Shown here one piece after another: positions 1 to 10,598 of a DNA stretch of 53,497 bases. The notes beneath the pieces were generated by a model. That model saw nothing but the letters and a program-made list of their open reading frames with translations, was not told the origin of the DNA and did not search any database. Position numbers and translations under genes: made by a program. This DNA is from a virus (Duplodnaviria; Caudoviricetes): positions 1 to 53,497 of the IMG/VR virus record IMGVR_UViG_3300032295_001119. One strand, written 5' to 3'. The stretch's first letter is position 1. Every line of letters begins with the position of its first letter.

Positions 1-2006
1 GAGAAACCACTTACACCTGTTGTGCCTGATGCACCTGATTCACCTGAGAATCCACTTATACCTGATCCACTAAAGCCACTTATACCTGAGCCACTAAAGC
101 CACTTATACCTGAGCCACTAAAACCACTTACACCGGTCGTACCCGAGAAACCACTTACACCTGTTGTGCCTGATGCACCTGATTCACCTGAGAATCCACT
201 TATACCTGATTCACCTGAGAATCCACTTATACCTGATCCACTAAATCCACTTATACCTGAGCCACTGAATCCACTGATACCTGAGCCACTGAATCCACTG
301 ATACCTGATGTACCACTAACACCACTAGTACCTGATGTTCCTGAGAAACCACTTACACCTGTCGTACCTGATGTACCACTGAATCCACTTATACCTGAGC
401 CACTGAATCCACTTATACCTGAGCCACTGAATCCACTTATACCTGAGAAACCACTTACACCTGTCGTACCTGAAGTACCACTAACACCACTAGTACCTGA
501 TGTTCCTGAGAAACCACTTACACCTGTCGTACCTGATGTACCACTGAATCCACTTATACCTGAGCCACTGAAGCCTGATCTTCCAGAAGTGCCGCTAAAT
601 CCACTGATACCTGTTGTTCCACTAATACCTGATGTACCACTAAATCCACTAGTACCAGACCAACCTGATCTACCACTTGTACCTGAGAAACCACTGAAGC
701 CACTTATACCGATTGTACCACTGAAGCCACTAAAACCTGAAGTTCCTGATATACCTGATCCACTAAATCCACTTACACCAGATACACCACTTAAACCTAG
801 TTGTCCGGAGAAACCACTGATACCACTCCAACCACTTACACCTGAGCCACTGAAGCCTGATATACCTGAATGTCCCGAAATACCACTAAGACCTGTAGTA
901 CCTGAGAAACCTGATCTACCACTTGTACCTGATGTTCCTGATGTACCACTGAAGCCACTAGTACCAGACCAACCTGATCTACCACTTGTGCCTGAGAAAC
1001 CACTAACACCCGTTATACCACTAATACCTGATGTGCCTGATGTACCACTGAAGCCACTTATACCTGAAGTTCCTGATATACCTGATCCACTAAATCCACT
1101 TACACCAGATACACCACTTAAACCTAGTTGTCCGGAGAAACCACTGATACCACTCCAACCACTTATACCGGATCCACTAAAACCTGATCTACCTGATACA
1201 CCTGAAATACCACTAAGACCTGTAGTACCTGACCAACCTGATCTACCACTTGTACCTGATGTTCCTGATGTACCAATAATACCACTTGTACCCGAGAAGC
1301 CACTTACACCTGTTGTTCCACTTGTACCAGTAAATCCACTGATACCTGTTGTACCTGAAGTTCCTGATGTACCACTGATACCACTTGTACCTGAGAAGCC
1401 ACTTATACCTGATCCACTAAAACCACTTATACCGGATACACCACTTAAACCTATTTGTCCTGAAGTACCACTAGTACCTGAGAAACCACTTATACCTGAG
1501 CCGCTAAAACCTGATTTACCTGATACACCTGAAATACCACTAAGACCTGAAGTACCTGAGAAACCTGATCTACCACTTGTGCCTGATGTACCTGAGAATC
1601 CACTTTCACCATTTCCACCACCAGATACAGTTGTCCAACTAAGAACATTAGAACCATTAGTAGTAAGAACTTGACCGTTAGAGCCACCTGATATAGTTAC
1701 ATTACCCACTGGACCTAAGTTTGTATTACCGGATACTGTTAAAGAGGTTAGAGTACCGACACTGGTAATGTTTGGTTGAGATGCATTAGAAACTGATCCT
1801 GCAGAACCGGCGGTATTCGCTAAGTTTGCTTTTGCGGCATATGCATATCCATTACCAGCTTGAGTAAGAATAGCATTTGCTATGTTTGCAATTGTTGCTT
1901 TTTTTGTAGTAGGTGTGCCTGACATATCAACTACAGGAGTCAATGAAGATCCTGGAATTGTCGTACCCATTGGACTAAGTGATGTTATTTTTATTGTATC
2001 AGTCAT
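1..2006 (-). CDS. Gly-X-Ser repeat (collagen/polyglycine-II-like) virion fibre protein, runs off window start (>660 aa)
   Basis: Minus frame from ATG at 2006 reads [10 protein letters not shown]...[13 protein letters not shown]...[17 protein letters not shown] and stays open to the window edge. Not in the ORF track. Confidence 0.88.
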   Translation of the reverse strand, partial: MTDTIKITSLSPMGTTIPGSSLTPVVDMSGTPTTKKATIANIANAILTQAGNGYAYAAKANLANTAGSAGSVSNASQPNITSVGTLTSLTVSGNTNLGPVGNVTISGGSNGQVLTTNGSNVLSWTTVSGGGNGESGFSGTSGTSGRSGFSGTSGLSGISGVSGKSGFSGSGISGFSGTSGTSGQIGLSGVSGISGFSGSGISGFSGTSGISGTSGTSGTTGISGFTGTSGTTGVSGFSGTSGIIGTSGTSGTSGRSGWSGTTGLSGISGVSGRSGFSGSGISGWSGISGFSGQLGLSGVSGVSGFSGSGISGTSGISGFSGTSGTSGISGITGVSGFSGTSGRSGWSGTSGFSGTSGTSGTSGRSGFSGTTGLSGISGHSGISGFSGSGVSGWSGISGFSGQLGLSGVSGVSGFSGSGISGTSGFSGFSGTIGISGFSGFSGTSGRSGWSGTSGFSGTSGISGTTGISGFSGTSGRSGFSGSGISGFSGTSGTTGVSGFSGTSGTSGVSGTSGTTGVSGFSGISGFSGSGISGFSGSGISGFSGTSGTTGVSGFSGTSGTSGVSGTSGISGFSGSGISGFSGSGISGFSGSGISGFSGESGISGFSGESGASGTTGVSGFSGTTGVSGFSGSGISGFSGSGISGFSGSGISGFSGESGASGTTGVSGF

Positions 2007-2022
2007 TTTATGTTTCCGTTAA

Positions 2023-3117
2023 TTATGCGAAGACAACGCCGTTATTCCCTATGCAATACCATTTACCACTACTGTACTGCATTGTGCAACTGTCACCAAT
2101 CGTGTCAAAAGTCATAGTACCGGTTCCACTTGTTTTCCATCCTGCGTTTGTGACAGTTATCACCATGTCTCCACCGTCTACTACCATCGAAAACGTTTTA
2201 ACTAATCCATCAGTTCCTGCCGCCAGTGTTGCAGTACTTGCCCCTGATGTTTCAAACAATGTAGTCGTAACTCCTAAATTGGCTGCACCACCACTTACTA
2301 TTTCTTCAACTCCACTTAACAGTAATCTGCCAGTAATTGCTACGTTAGCAGGAATCTCTACGGTAATAGTACCAGCATTAACAATAGGACTTCCTGTTAC
2401 AGTCAAACTTGAACTAGTAACGCCTACGCTGGTAACAGTACCAGCGCCGGTTGCAGTAGAAATAGTGACGTTACCATTGCTTCCGCTTAATGAGATACCT
2501 GATCCTGCACTTAAACGTGTAACACCGGTATTTAAAATGGTCATTGTTCCACTAGTAGTTACAGGGCTGCCTGTTACTTGAATACCAAAGCCCGGAGTAA
2601 CGCCTACACTAGTTACAGTACCAACACTGGCTGCGTTTGCGATACTAGTTACTCGTCCGTAATTATCAACAGTGACTGTAGGATAGGTATAAGTTCCGGC
2701 TGACACACCAGTCGTTGCCAAATCAAGAGTAATAGTTCCTGAACTGACAATTGGTGAACCTGATACTGTTAATCTACTAACAGATGCAGACGCTACACCT
2801 ACACTAGTTACACCTGATCCATTTCCGTTTGCTCCGGTACTAGAAATAGTAACGTTACCGTTTGCTTGGTTTACTGTTACTCCTGTACCTGCAATTATAT
2901 TCAGTACACCGGTGTTAGTTATATCAACTGTACCTAATGTACTGTTTGCTGTTACAGCAATTCCTAAATTTCCAGTATACGTATTGTACGGACTAGAGTT
3001 TCCGAACAGTGTTGCGAAATTTGTTTTTACTTTATTGAAGGCGGTATATAACGAATCACTGCCAATTGACTCGTTTTGAACCCCTATATTGATGACTTGT
3101 AAGCCTGAGATTGCCAT
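2023..3117 (-). CDS. Virion structural/fibre protein with T4 gp9/gp10-like N-terminus
   Basis: N-term INIG..ESIGSDSLYTAFNKVKTNF resembles baseplate gp9/gp10 N-termini; GVTSVGV Gly/Thr repeats. Confidence 0.65.
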   Translation of the reverse strand: MAISGLQVINIGVQNESIGSDSLYTAFNKVKTNFATLFGNSSPYNTYTGNLGIAVTANSTLGTVDITNTGVLNIIAGTGVTVNQANGNVTISSTGANGNGSGVTSVGVASASVSRLTVSGSPIVSSGTITLDLATTGVSAGTYTYPTVTVDNYGRVTSIANAASVGTVTSVGVTPGFGIQVTGSPVTTSGTMTILNTGVTRLSAGSGISLSGSNGNVTISTATGAGTVTSVGVTSSSLTVTGSPIVNAGTITVEIPANVAITGRLLLSGVEEIVSGGAANLGVTTTLFETSGASTATLAAGTDGLVKTFSMVVDGGDMVITVTNAGWKTSGTGTMTFDTIGDSCTMQYSSGKWYCIGNNGVVFA

Positions 3118-3140
3118 TTCATATCCTTATAGTGTATTTA

Positions 3141-3461
3141 TCACACACCAAAGGAACTTCCACACCCACAGGTGCTAGAAGCTTGTGGATTAGTAATAGC
3201 AAATCGTGAGCCGTTTAAGTCATCTTTGAAGTCAACTACAGCACCTTGAAGGTATTGTATGCTCATACTGTCAACTAGGACACTTGAGGAACCTGCAGGA
3301 ATTTCAAAGTCATCCTCGTTTTGCTCCTCGTCTATAGTAAATCCATAGCTAAATCCTGCACATCCCCCGCCCTGAACGTACATTCTTAGCCTAGACTTAG
3401 GATCTTCCTCAGCTAAAACTTCTTTAATTTTCTCTTGTGCGGCTTGTGTTAATGTAATCAT
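3141..3461 (-). CDS. erpA: A-type Fe-S cluster carrier (ErpA/IscA/HesB)
   Basis: GGGCAGFSYGF and C-terminal TCGCGSSF motifs. Confidence 0.88.
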   Translation of the reverse strand: MITLTQAAQEKIKEVLAEEDPKSRLRMYVQGGGCAGFSYGFTIDEEQNEDDFEIPAGSSSVLVDSMSIQYLQGAVVDFKDDLNGSRFAITNPQASSTCGCGSSFGV

Positions 3462-4000
3462 AAATGTTTTCCCCATCGTGTGTTAATATGTGACCAGTTC
3501 ATTATCTTCCAAGTATTCTCTAAATACTGTTTTTTGTCTGTCTGGTAATCTAGTGCCCAGGCGTGTTCCCACCAATCAACTAATACAAGAATATCATCAC
3601 GAACCTCGTGATTTACAATAGTCCTTATATTACCGTCGTAGGTGAGGTAGATCCAACCTGACCCTTGGATCTTCATTGCTTCTTCTTTGAATTGTTCTTT
3701 AAAGTCTTTCCACCAACCGTACTTACGTTTGATTAAGTTAAGTACAGGACCGTTGGGTGTACCACTTTCATGTGGTTTTTGAAACTGGCTAAAGTATATA
3801 TCATGCAGAAACCATCCTGCATAGTTAAAATCGTCATCGCCTTCGTTATTGTTATAACGTTTAGCGTATCCTTTAGCCAATCCATCATAGTGATACTCGA
3901 TTGTATCTTTACTGAGTACTGGATTTAGGTCTGTATAGGAGTATGGTAACTTTGCTGTTACTAACTTTTTTCTTCGGGATTCTGATAAGAACTCAAACAT
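3458..4000 (-). CDS. Fe/Mn superoxide dismutase (divergent)
   Basis: LPY..L.P, EYHY, H in WFLHDIYF, GSGW, DWWEHAW. Confidence 0.85.
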   Translation of the reverse strand: MFEFLSESRRKKLVTAKLPYSYTDLNPVLSKDTIEYHYDGLAKGYAKRYNNNEGDDDFNYAGWFLHDIYFSQFQKPHESGTPNGPVLNLIKRKYGWWKDFKEQFKEEAMKIQGSGWIYLTYDGNIRTIVNHEVRDDILVLVDWWEHAWALDYQTDKKQYLENTWKIMNWSHINTRWGKHL

Positions 4001-4734
4001 AGAGTATTTATCAGGTGGTCATGTATCAATTCAGCAAATAATTCATGTGAATCTACACCCGGATGTCCTAAATCTCTAGCTTTGTCTATGACAGGACCGA
4101 TTATAGTATTATCATCAAATGGTAATACTTTATGAATTCCAAAATATACAATAGGGACTTTAATCATTGCTTGAACTGTTAGGTGAGCTAACATTTTTTT
4201 AGCTTCAAGAAAGTTTAAGTCTAAACCTAAATTGATGAAATCACTGTAATCTTTATTGTTTTCCCATAAACCTCGAGGATGCAAATTATCTGATGTTGTC
4301 CCTGTTAGTGTTCTAGTTATATCGGGCCATTGAATTATAACTGCTTTAGGCAATTTAGGAACTACAGAAAACCATATCGTTAAGTTATGTAACACTACAT
4401 CTATACCAGTAGCTCCTAAACCTAGATTGTAGTAATCACAATTTAATTTTTCTGCCAATACATGTGGATATATTTTATCTTCTTCTAATCCTATACCCTC
4501 AGTATGACTACACCCAGTACACAATATGTAATTGTCTAGATTTATTTCTTCTATTTCTTTAGAACGATGCCCTAGAGAGTTTAATTTATAAAAAATTTTA
4601 GAAGTTCTATATCTCCAATCCAATGGCATGTCAGGCAATCTTTTTGTCAAATTTTCATAATTATCACCCGAAGACCATTCACTAACCGTGTTAGGATGAT
4701 GATTACCTATAAAACCGTGTTTGTGAAATCTCAT
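3961..4734 (-). CDS. SGNH/GDSL-like protein
   Basis: GCSHTEG and DLGHPG motifs. Confidence 0.5.
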   Translation of the reverse strand: MRFHKHGFIGNHHPNTVSEWSSGDNYENLTKRLPDMPLDWRYRTSKIFYKLNSLGHRSKEIEEINLDNYILCTGCSHTEGIGLEEDKIYPHVLAEKLNCDYYNLGLGATGIDVVLHNLTIWFSVVPKLPKAVIIQWPDITRTLTGTTSDNLHPRGLWENNKDYSDFINLGLDLNFLEAKKMLAHLTVQAMIKVPIVYFGIHKVLPFDDNTIIGPVIDKARDLGHPGVDSHELFAELIHDHLINTLCLSSYQNPEEKS

Positions 4735-4946
4735 TTTCTGCGAACAATTCTACCTTTACTCAGGTCGTAGGGGCTGAACTCTATTTCTACTTTGTCGCCG
4801 AGTAGAATTTTAATGTCATGCTTACGCATTTTACCTGAGATATAACCTGTTACAGTTTGTCCTGCATCCAGTGTCACTCTAAAGACGGCATTAGGTAATA
4901 CATCAATTACCTTACCGTCCATTCTAATACCTTCTTCTTTAGCCAT
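4731..4946 (-). CDS. infA: Translation initiation factor IF-1
   Basis: MAKEEGI..GKV..LPNA.F.V.L...ISGKMR...[17 protein letters not shown]. Confidence 0.95.
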   Translation of the reverse strand: MAKEEGIRMDGKVIDVLPNAVFRVTLDAGQTVTGYISGKMRKHDIKILLGDKVEIEFSPYDLSKGRIVRRK

Positions 4947-4968
4947 ATATTTTTGCCGTTAAGCTCCT

Positions 4969-5253
4969 TTAAGTGTAATGTGCTAGTGGTTGGGCTTTGA
5001 GTTTAACCCACATAAACTTCTTCATTAATTCTTCATTTTTAGTAATGTAATAAAACAATCTAGATTCTTCTCGTCTTAGTTGGACTCCACCATTAGGACC
5101 TTGAATCCAAACTCTAGAACTGTATGAACAGCAACGGCTGATTTTTGTACGGTATTCTCTACGATCAGGAATGATATAGATGCCGGGCGCAAATTCCCAG
5201 TAATCGTTTTGAGGATTACCCTCAACTTCACAATAAAAAATACTATTAGCCAC
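4969..5253 (-). CDS. Hypothetical protein
   Basis: ORF fits tight minus-strand gene packing. Confidence 0.6.
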   Translation of the reverse strand: MANSIFYCEVEGNPQNDYWEFAPGIYIIPDRREYRTKISRCCSYSSRVWIQGPNGGVQLRREESRLFYYITKNEELMKKFMWVKLKAQPLAHYT

Positions 5254-5632
5254 GGCGCATCCTAGAAATCTCTACAGCCTGCTCGTCAGAGAAAATAGGC
5301 ACAGCATTTGATTTGTGCATAGTGCCGATACCCTTGATTTTAGTGCCGGTATATTGTGGTGTTTGCTTAACTGTAATTGCACCTAGAACGGTATCAGCTT
5401 TACTTGCAATGTGTTGCGTTTCACGACCTACAGGAATAGGAAGTTTGTACGACCAAGAACGGTCTTTGGGTACTGGTACTTTGGGTGACATGCTAGCCCA
5501 TTTAGCTTGATTGCGTTCCCATTCTTCTGCTAATTCACGTGCCTTACGTGCTTCCTCTGCATTGCGAAACTTTACTTTACCTTTGCGTTTGCCGCCCATA
5601 GATAGTGCAGGGTGTGCGAGGTGCATTGTCAT
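5246..5632 (-). CDS. Hypothetical phage protein (HKSNAVP motif)
   Basis: ORF downstream of a sigma70 promoter. Confidence 0.7.
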   Translation of the reverse strand: MTMHLAHPALSMGGKRKGKVKFRNAEEARKARELAEEWERNQAKWASMSPKVPVPKDRSWSYKLPIPVGRETQHIASKADTVLGAITVKQTPQYTGTKIKGIGTMHKSNAVPIFSDEQAVEISRMRRG

Positions 5633-5666
5633 GATTGTGTATTGGTCATAGTTACGAACATATTGA

Positions 5667-5695
5667 AGTATAGCAGATTATGGAATTATTGTCAA
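5667..5695 (-). promoter_or_regulatory. sigma70 promoter
   Basis: TTGACA-N17-TATACT. Confidence 0.8.
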
Positions 5696-5699
5696 ATGT

Positions 5700-6158
5700 T
5701 TACTTTTGTAGTATAGCCCACATTTTCTCTTTTTCTAGGATTTCTTTTTCTAGTTCAAGGTATGCTTGGCGTAAACCACGTAAGTTTTCCCAACGTTCTT
5801 CTAGTTCAGGATTAGGATGAAGAATAGCCAATCGTTCATCAATCTTGTCTAGCCTATCACTTAATTTGACACCTTGAACAGTTAGTTCACCTGTGATGTC
5901 AGCATCACCATTAACTTGTAACGTTTTGCCTTGTAAGTTTGGGTCTGCTGAAACAGTAGCCCATGACGCCGAACCGGTGCCATTTGTCGTATAAACTTGG
6001 TAGGCCGCTCCTGTGTTACTAAAGACATATCCAGGACTGGTTCCCCAATCTATATCTAGTCCACTACTAGTTGCACCGGTAGTAGTAAGATAATCATCTA
6101 CATCTATAGTGATGGTATCAGTTGACCAATCAGCAGACACTGACATATTATTGCTCAT
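5700..6158 (-). CDS. Hypothetical protein
   Basis: ORF, ATGA-coupled to upstream gene. Confidence 0.7.
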   Translation of the reverse strand: MSNNMSVSADWSTDTITIDVDDYLTTTGATSSGLDIDWGTSPGYVFSNTGAAYQVYTTNGTGSASWATVSADPNLQGKTLQVNGDADITGELTVQGVKLSDRLDKIDERLAILHPNPELEERWENLRGLRQAYLELEKEILEKEKMWAILQK

Positions 6159-6340
6159 AGTTTTCTCACATAAATTTTGCCGTCTTGGCCAATGTCAAAC
6201 TTAATTTCATCGCCTTCTTTCCAACCCAACTGTGCTAATACTTGCGGAGGTATGGGTATGATAAGATCACCTGTATCCGGATCTTCCTGAGTGATGACCT
6301 CATAACGTATGTTTGTTTGTGCTGGGTTCTTTTTAGGCAT
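6155..6340 (-). CDS. AbrB/MazE-like DNA-binding protein
   Basis: LIIPIP..VL.QLGWKEGDEI. Confidence 0.7.
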   Translation of the reverse strand: MPKKNPAQTNIRYEVITQEDPDTGDLIIPIPPQVLAQLGWKEGDEIKFDIGQDGKIYVRKL

Positions 6341-6347
6341 ACACTAT

Positions 6348-6908
6348 TTACTTGTTCAAGTAAGGTGCGTAAATCTTTTCTAACGCTTGTATTGTTTTTT
6401 GCACTGCGTTTGAATCTTCGGTTTCGTCTTCGTGTTTAACAACAATACCACCTGCGTCACTAAACTTTTGGCAGTAGGGGCCAAAGTCATCAACTAATAC
6501 GTTTTGTATTCCATTAGTGACAGCATACTTTTGCTTACCGCTAGTAAAAATTGCATTTCCACTAGTACCCGGATTGTATTGGTCTAACCAATCCTTCTTT
6601 GCTTTTTTGCTAGCATCAGCATATGGACCTCTTAGAGGAGCAGACAATACAGTAAAGGGAATCTTGTTAGTGTGTAGCCATTTAATAATTTCTTGTCCAC
6701 CTGCCAATGGCTTCAAGTTCCTAAAAAAGTCATAGACTTGTTCAGAAGTGCTGTTAGCCAATTGTTCAATTTCACCTTCTTTGTTTTGGATAGCTTTCCA
6801 ATGATTGACACCGTGCTTTTCTGCCCAAGCACCAAAGAAATCGGCTTGCACCCCATCCATATCCAGGTACAGATGGGGCATTGTTTTTTCTAGTTCGTCT
6901 ATTTTCAT
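6348..6908 (-). CDS. HAD-family 5'(3')-deoxyribonucleotidase-like
   Basis: LYLDMDGV.ADF, LSAP, LVDD. Confidence 0.8.
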   Translation of the reverse strand: MKIDELEKTMPHLYLDMDGVQADFFGAWAEKHGVNHWKAIQNKEGEIEQLANSTSEQVYDFFRNLKPLAGGQEIIKWLHTNKIPFTVLSAPLRGPYADASKKAKKDWLDQYNPGTSGNAIFTSGKQKYAVTNGIQNVLVDDFGPYCQKFSDAGGIVVKHEDETEDSNAVQKTIQALEKIYAPYLNK

Positions 6909-6917
6909 TCAATCATT

Positions 6918-7538
6918 TTACTTGTTTGCAAGAGGATTGTCAATAGCTTTTTGGATCTTGTTGTCCACTTCACGCTTTAATTGGTCTACCTCTTTTGAAG
7001 TTTCACGTTTTAATACTTCCACTTCTCTGGATATCTCTCTACGTGCGTCAGACATTTCCTTACGTATAGTGTTAGCTTCACTACGTGCCTTTTCCAAATC
7101 TTCACGAACTGCTTTACGCATATCACGCATTTCTTGTTCAGTTTCACGTTGGGCTGCCTTAACACTACGTTCTACTTGTTCCGTTACCGATTCATTACGG
7201 CGTAAGTCGTTTTTCAAGTCTGTTTTAATATCACGTGTGTAGTCGCTAGTTTTGGCACTGTTTTCTTCAATCACTGCCAAACGCTTATCGAACCCACTAA
7301 GATCAGGTGCAGAGTATTCTGCAATCTTTTTCTTCATGCCTATGTAGTCTTTATAGACTTCAAACGCACCATATAAGCTACCCAATGTAGAACTTACAAT
7401 CGCGGCTGCAACCATAAGTTTAGCTGGTGTGAATTCGTAGCCACCGATACTGATAACAGTATCTTTACTGGCATACTTTTTCATTGCCGCTTCTGCTTCG
7501 TCAATTTTTGCGTTAACGTTTTTAATTTCTTCTGTCAT
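6918..7538 (-). CDS. Membrane-anchored coiled-coil protein
   Basis: Hydrophobic segment then heptad-rich region; AGGAG RBS. Confidence 0.7.
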   Translation of the reverse strand: MTEEIKNVNAKIDEAEAAMKKYASKDTVISIGGYEFTPAKLMVAAAIVSSTLGSLYGAFEVYKDYIGMKKKIAEYSAPDLSGFDKRLAVIEENSAKTSDYTRDIKTDLKNDLRRNESVTEQVERSVKAAQRETEQEMRDMRKAVREDLEKARSEANTIRKEMSDARREISREVEVLKRETSKEVDQLKREVDNKIQKAIDNPLANK

Positions 7539-7552
7539 TTTCATCTCCTTCT

Positions 7553-8047
7553 TTATCTTCCACACTGAAATTCTTTACAATACTGAATAAATTCCATTGT
7601 TCCCCATATAAGCCCAATGACAACTACCACAATTAAAAATGAACCGAATACTATTTCAACCATTTCTTGGTTTTGTTGTCGTTGTCTTATTGCGGCTTCT
7701 TTGTCTCGTCTTGCTTGATGTGCTGCCTCTATATCCATAGACTGTGCTCTAGATTTTATCTTGTTCCAAACATCAATTTTTCCTGTTTGCATAAACAATA
7801 GCTGTAGCTGTTTTTCAAATTCCTCTGCTTGATGTATAGCCATTTCGATTTCTACTGCCGCTGCCATACTAGATTTTTTACCGCTGTTTTTTGCTTGAAC
7901 AACTGCCTTAGTAGCGGTGCTTTTTGCATCAAAGTATTTGCCCAATACCGGACCCAGTGATGAAACATCATCTACTGTTTTTGATACTTTTTTTATCAAT
8001 GCAACAGCAGATTGTATTCCGGCAAGTGCGGTTATAGGATCAATCAT
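7553..8047 (-). CDS. Membrane protein
   Basis: C-terminal hydrophobic helix. Confidence 0.7.
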   Translation of the reverse strand: MIDPITALAGIQSAVALIKKVSKTVDDVSSLGPVLGKYFDAKSTATKAVVQAKNSGKKSSMAAAVEIEMAIHQAEEFEKQLQLLFMQTGKIDVWNKIKSRAQSMDIEAAHQARRDKEAAIRQRQQNQEMVEIVFGSFLIVVVVIGLIWGTMEFIQYCKEFQCGR

Positions 8048-8058
8048 ACCATCTTCCT

Positions 8059-8184
8059 TTAAAATAATGAATTCTTTTTCTTCTTGTCAGATTTTTCAAA
8101 CAAGAGGTTTATAGCCTTAATTCCGGTGTATGTAAGAATTATACATACAGACACGATTAAGCATGTTACTAAATCTAACATCAT
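8059..8184 (-). CDS. Small membrane peptide (41 aa)
   Basis: MMLDLVTCLIVSVCIILTYTGIKAINLLF... fills the intergenic gap. Confidence 0.45.
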   Translation of the reverse strand: MMLDLVTCLIVSVCIILTYTGIKAINLLFEKSDKKKKNSLF

Positions 8185-8186
8185 AC

Positions 8187-10598
8187 TCATCTTCCTAATT
8201 TATATTGTTGATCGACCAATTCTTGATGCAGTCTATCGCTGCCTCGTTGTAAGCCTCTCAACAATGATGCATTGTCAACGTTTCGTTGATTTTTATAGAT
8301 ATCTTCTACTTTATAAAAAGATGCGTCTTTTAATGTCATCTGTGCATATGCATCATATCCTTTTGGCTGTGTTGCAATGCTTGCAATATCAACCCCACCC
8401 GCAGCCTCATTTGGCTGAACATTGCGTTTGACCATACCATCTTGCGTAGGTTCCATACCCATCAATGCCATGAATGGTTGTTCATTAATATAATCGTTTA
8501 ATGTGCTTCGGGTGCCCATTTTAAATGTGTCTGTCTTTGGAATCTCAACTTCTGTTATTGATACCACTTCTTGTTTTCTGCTAGTATCAAAGTTAAAATT
8601 ACTAGGCTCTGTCAATGAATAGTTAACTGTTGGTTGTGTTACTGTAATCGGAGCCTGATACATTTGTGCAGGTTGTTGCTGAACTTGTTGCGGTGATTGT
8701 AATAACTGAACGACATCCTGCTGTTGTTGAACTATTGATACTTGAGTTGAATTGTTTGTATTAACTCTAATTACATCTAACCCTGGTACAACTGAGGATG
8801 AACCTGTAGTATTGACAGTAGAATCTGTTGATGGAGTATACGGCTTTAATGCACTCACTGATACAACACTAGTTTGTGTATTTGACTGTAGTGAAAACCC
8901 ACCGCTAGCAGCCTGCGTAGATGCCATTGAACTAGTAGTTGAACTAGTAGTAGTTGTTGTAGTAGAACTCGTACTACTTGCAATACTGTTAGCTTGTGCT
9001 GTACCGGCAACTGATTCGGCCATTTGAACTGCTTGTGCTGTCGCTGTAGCAGCCGCTTCGTTTGCTTGTTGAACTGTTGCCCTTTCTGTAGCATTTACTT
9101 TAGCCTGTACACTAGCAACAACACTCATTGCTAATGCTGAAGGGCCACTTGAACTAGATGTTTGAACTTCACCCGGCTTAGGTTGTGGATTGTTAGCAGT
9201 AGGAGCCGCACTAGTCACTGGTGCGCCCGGTGGAGGTGCAGATGCTGTTGCAGGAGGAGGCTGTTGTGATTGTGATTGTGAACCACTAGAATCAGGTGGG
9301 GGAGGACTACCTGGGGGCGGTGGAGATCCTGGTGGAGGTGGAGGTGGAGGTGGAGGAGCCGACGCAGTTTCTACACTTGCTGGATTATTGGGATCATATG
9401 GTGCAGTTGAACTAGTAGATGTTGATGCTGATGCTGATATTTGTTTGACAATAGCTGCCGCATACCCCTTACAATCAGGGCTATATAATGGATTAGATGT
9501 GCAAGGATCAGCAGTATAAATCATAGTAGCCCATGCACCTTCAATTGAAGATCCTGTGCCCGATGCTGAACCTGTTATTCTTGCTGTGCCCAATACTGAT
9601 TGATTCAAGCTAGTTGGCAACAAAAATTTCTCACTTACTGATCCTAACGTATTATCACCTGAGAAACTGTAATTTTGCTGATGTACTATTTGATTGTTTT
9701 TGTTTGTCAGTGACACACTAGCATTAGCATATGCAGGTGTGTTCATCATCCAACTACATGACCCATCTTGATTCCAAGCAGTACATCCAAAAAAGCTTGC
9801 ACCTACTCTCCAGTTGAATCCATAGTTAAATCCATGTACCATTGCACCTATACCTGCATTTTCTAATGCAGTGTTGATAGCAAAAGCTTGATTTAAAACT
9901 GAGCCTCCTTTGGTTGAATCCAATAAATTGTTAGTGTTAAGGACGCTATTAAATCCAGCACATGTTGAACTGTATGCAGGATTAGTAGCACATGGATCAG
10001 TTTTATATAATATTGATACGTCATTTACATGTACTCTAGGTCCGTAGTATCCGGCCCAAAAGTTTTGATCTTTTCCAGTAAAACTGACAGTTAATTTATC
10101 AACTGCCGATAGTTGATACTGATTAGTAAACAATTGTGTTCCTGAAAAGTTTTGAAATGCATTACCGGTATTTGTTTGACTGTAGTTATAATTGTAACTC
10201 TCTAAAACATTACCACTAGCACCAGTCAATGATACGTTACCTGTCAATGTACCTCTATTGCCGCCACCATTACTTAAATCATTATTGATATCCCAAGAGT
10301 ACTTGTAACCAAACAATTGAATACCAGTACCTGCATTAGACAATGCAGTATTAATAGCTATACTCTGACTCACTGTGTTTTGCACAAATCCAAAGATTAT
10401 GTTTCCAGTACTGGGATTGTAGGCTGGCGTGGTGCCCCCGCTAGTACCACCCGCCGCACCTGTGATGGTATTCTCCCATGGTAGTCCCCCTCCCAAATTG
10501 AGAAGGTTGCCAGTACTTTCTAATGTCTGACTATTAGAATAACTTGTGGACAAGAACGCCAAGCAAAGCGCCAATGCCAACTTTCTTATAAGTGTCAT
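8187..10598 (-). CDS. Large exported protein with duplicated domain and Pro/Ser/Gln-rich linker
   Basis: Signal-peptide-like N-term; two AINTAL..AG / DPC..NP.YS..C repeats; poly-Pro tract. Confidence 0.8.
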   Translation of the reverse strand: MTLIRKLALALCLAFLSTSYSNSQTLESTGNLLNLGGGLPWENTITGAAGGTSGGTTPAYNPSTGNIIFGFVQNTVSQSIAINTALSNAGTGIQLFGYKYSWDINNDLSNGGGNRGTLTGNVSLTGASGNVLESYNYNYSQTNTGNAFQNFSGTQLFTNQYQLSAVDKLTVSFTGKDQNFWAGYYGPRVHVNDVSILYKTDPCATNPAYSSTCAGFNSVLNTNNLLDSTKGGSVLNQAFAINTALENAGIGAMVHGFNYGFNWRVGASFFGCTAWNQDGSCSWMMNTPAYANASVSLTNKNNQIVHQQNYSFSGDNTLGSVSEKFLLPTSLNQSVLGTARITGSASGTGSSIEGAWATMIYTADPCTSNPLYSPDCKGYAAAIVKQISASASTSTSSTAPYDPNNPASVETASAPPPPPPPPPGSPPPPGSPPPPDSSGSQSQSQQPPPATASAPPPGAPVTSAAPTANNPQPKPGEVQTSSSSGPSALAMSVVASVQAKVNATERATVQQANEAAATATAQAVQMAESVAGTAQANSIASSTSSTTTTTTSSTTSSMASTQAASGGFSLQSNTQTSVVSVSALKPYTPSTDSTVNTTGSSSVVPGLDVIRVNTNNSTQVSIVQQQQDVVQLLQSPQQVQQQPAQMYQAPITVTQPTVNYSLTEPSNFNFDTSRKQEVVSITEVEIPKTDTFKMGTRSTLNDYINEQPFMALMGMEPTQDGMVKRNVQPNEAAGGVDIASIATQPKGYDAYAQMTLKDASFYKVEDIYKNQRNVDNASLLRGLQRGSDRLHQELVDQQYKLGR

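Noticed and set aside
1-1600. Possible CRISPR array or DNA tandem repeat
   Set aside because: The repeats are codon-periodic with no unique spacers, and there are no cas genes in the window.
22-1674. 550-aa Pro-rich + strand ORF
   Set aside because: Antisense shadow of the Gly-X-Ser gene (GGN codons read as CCN); neighbouring genes and the start context are on the minus strand.
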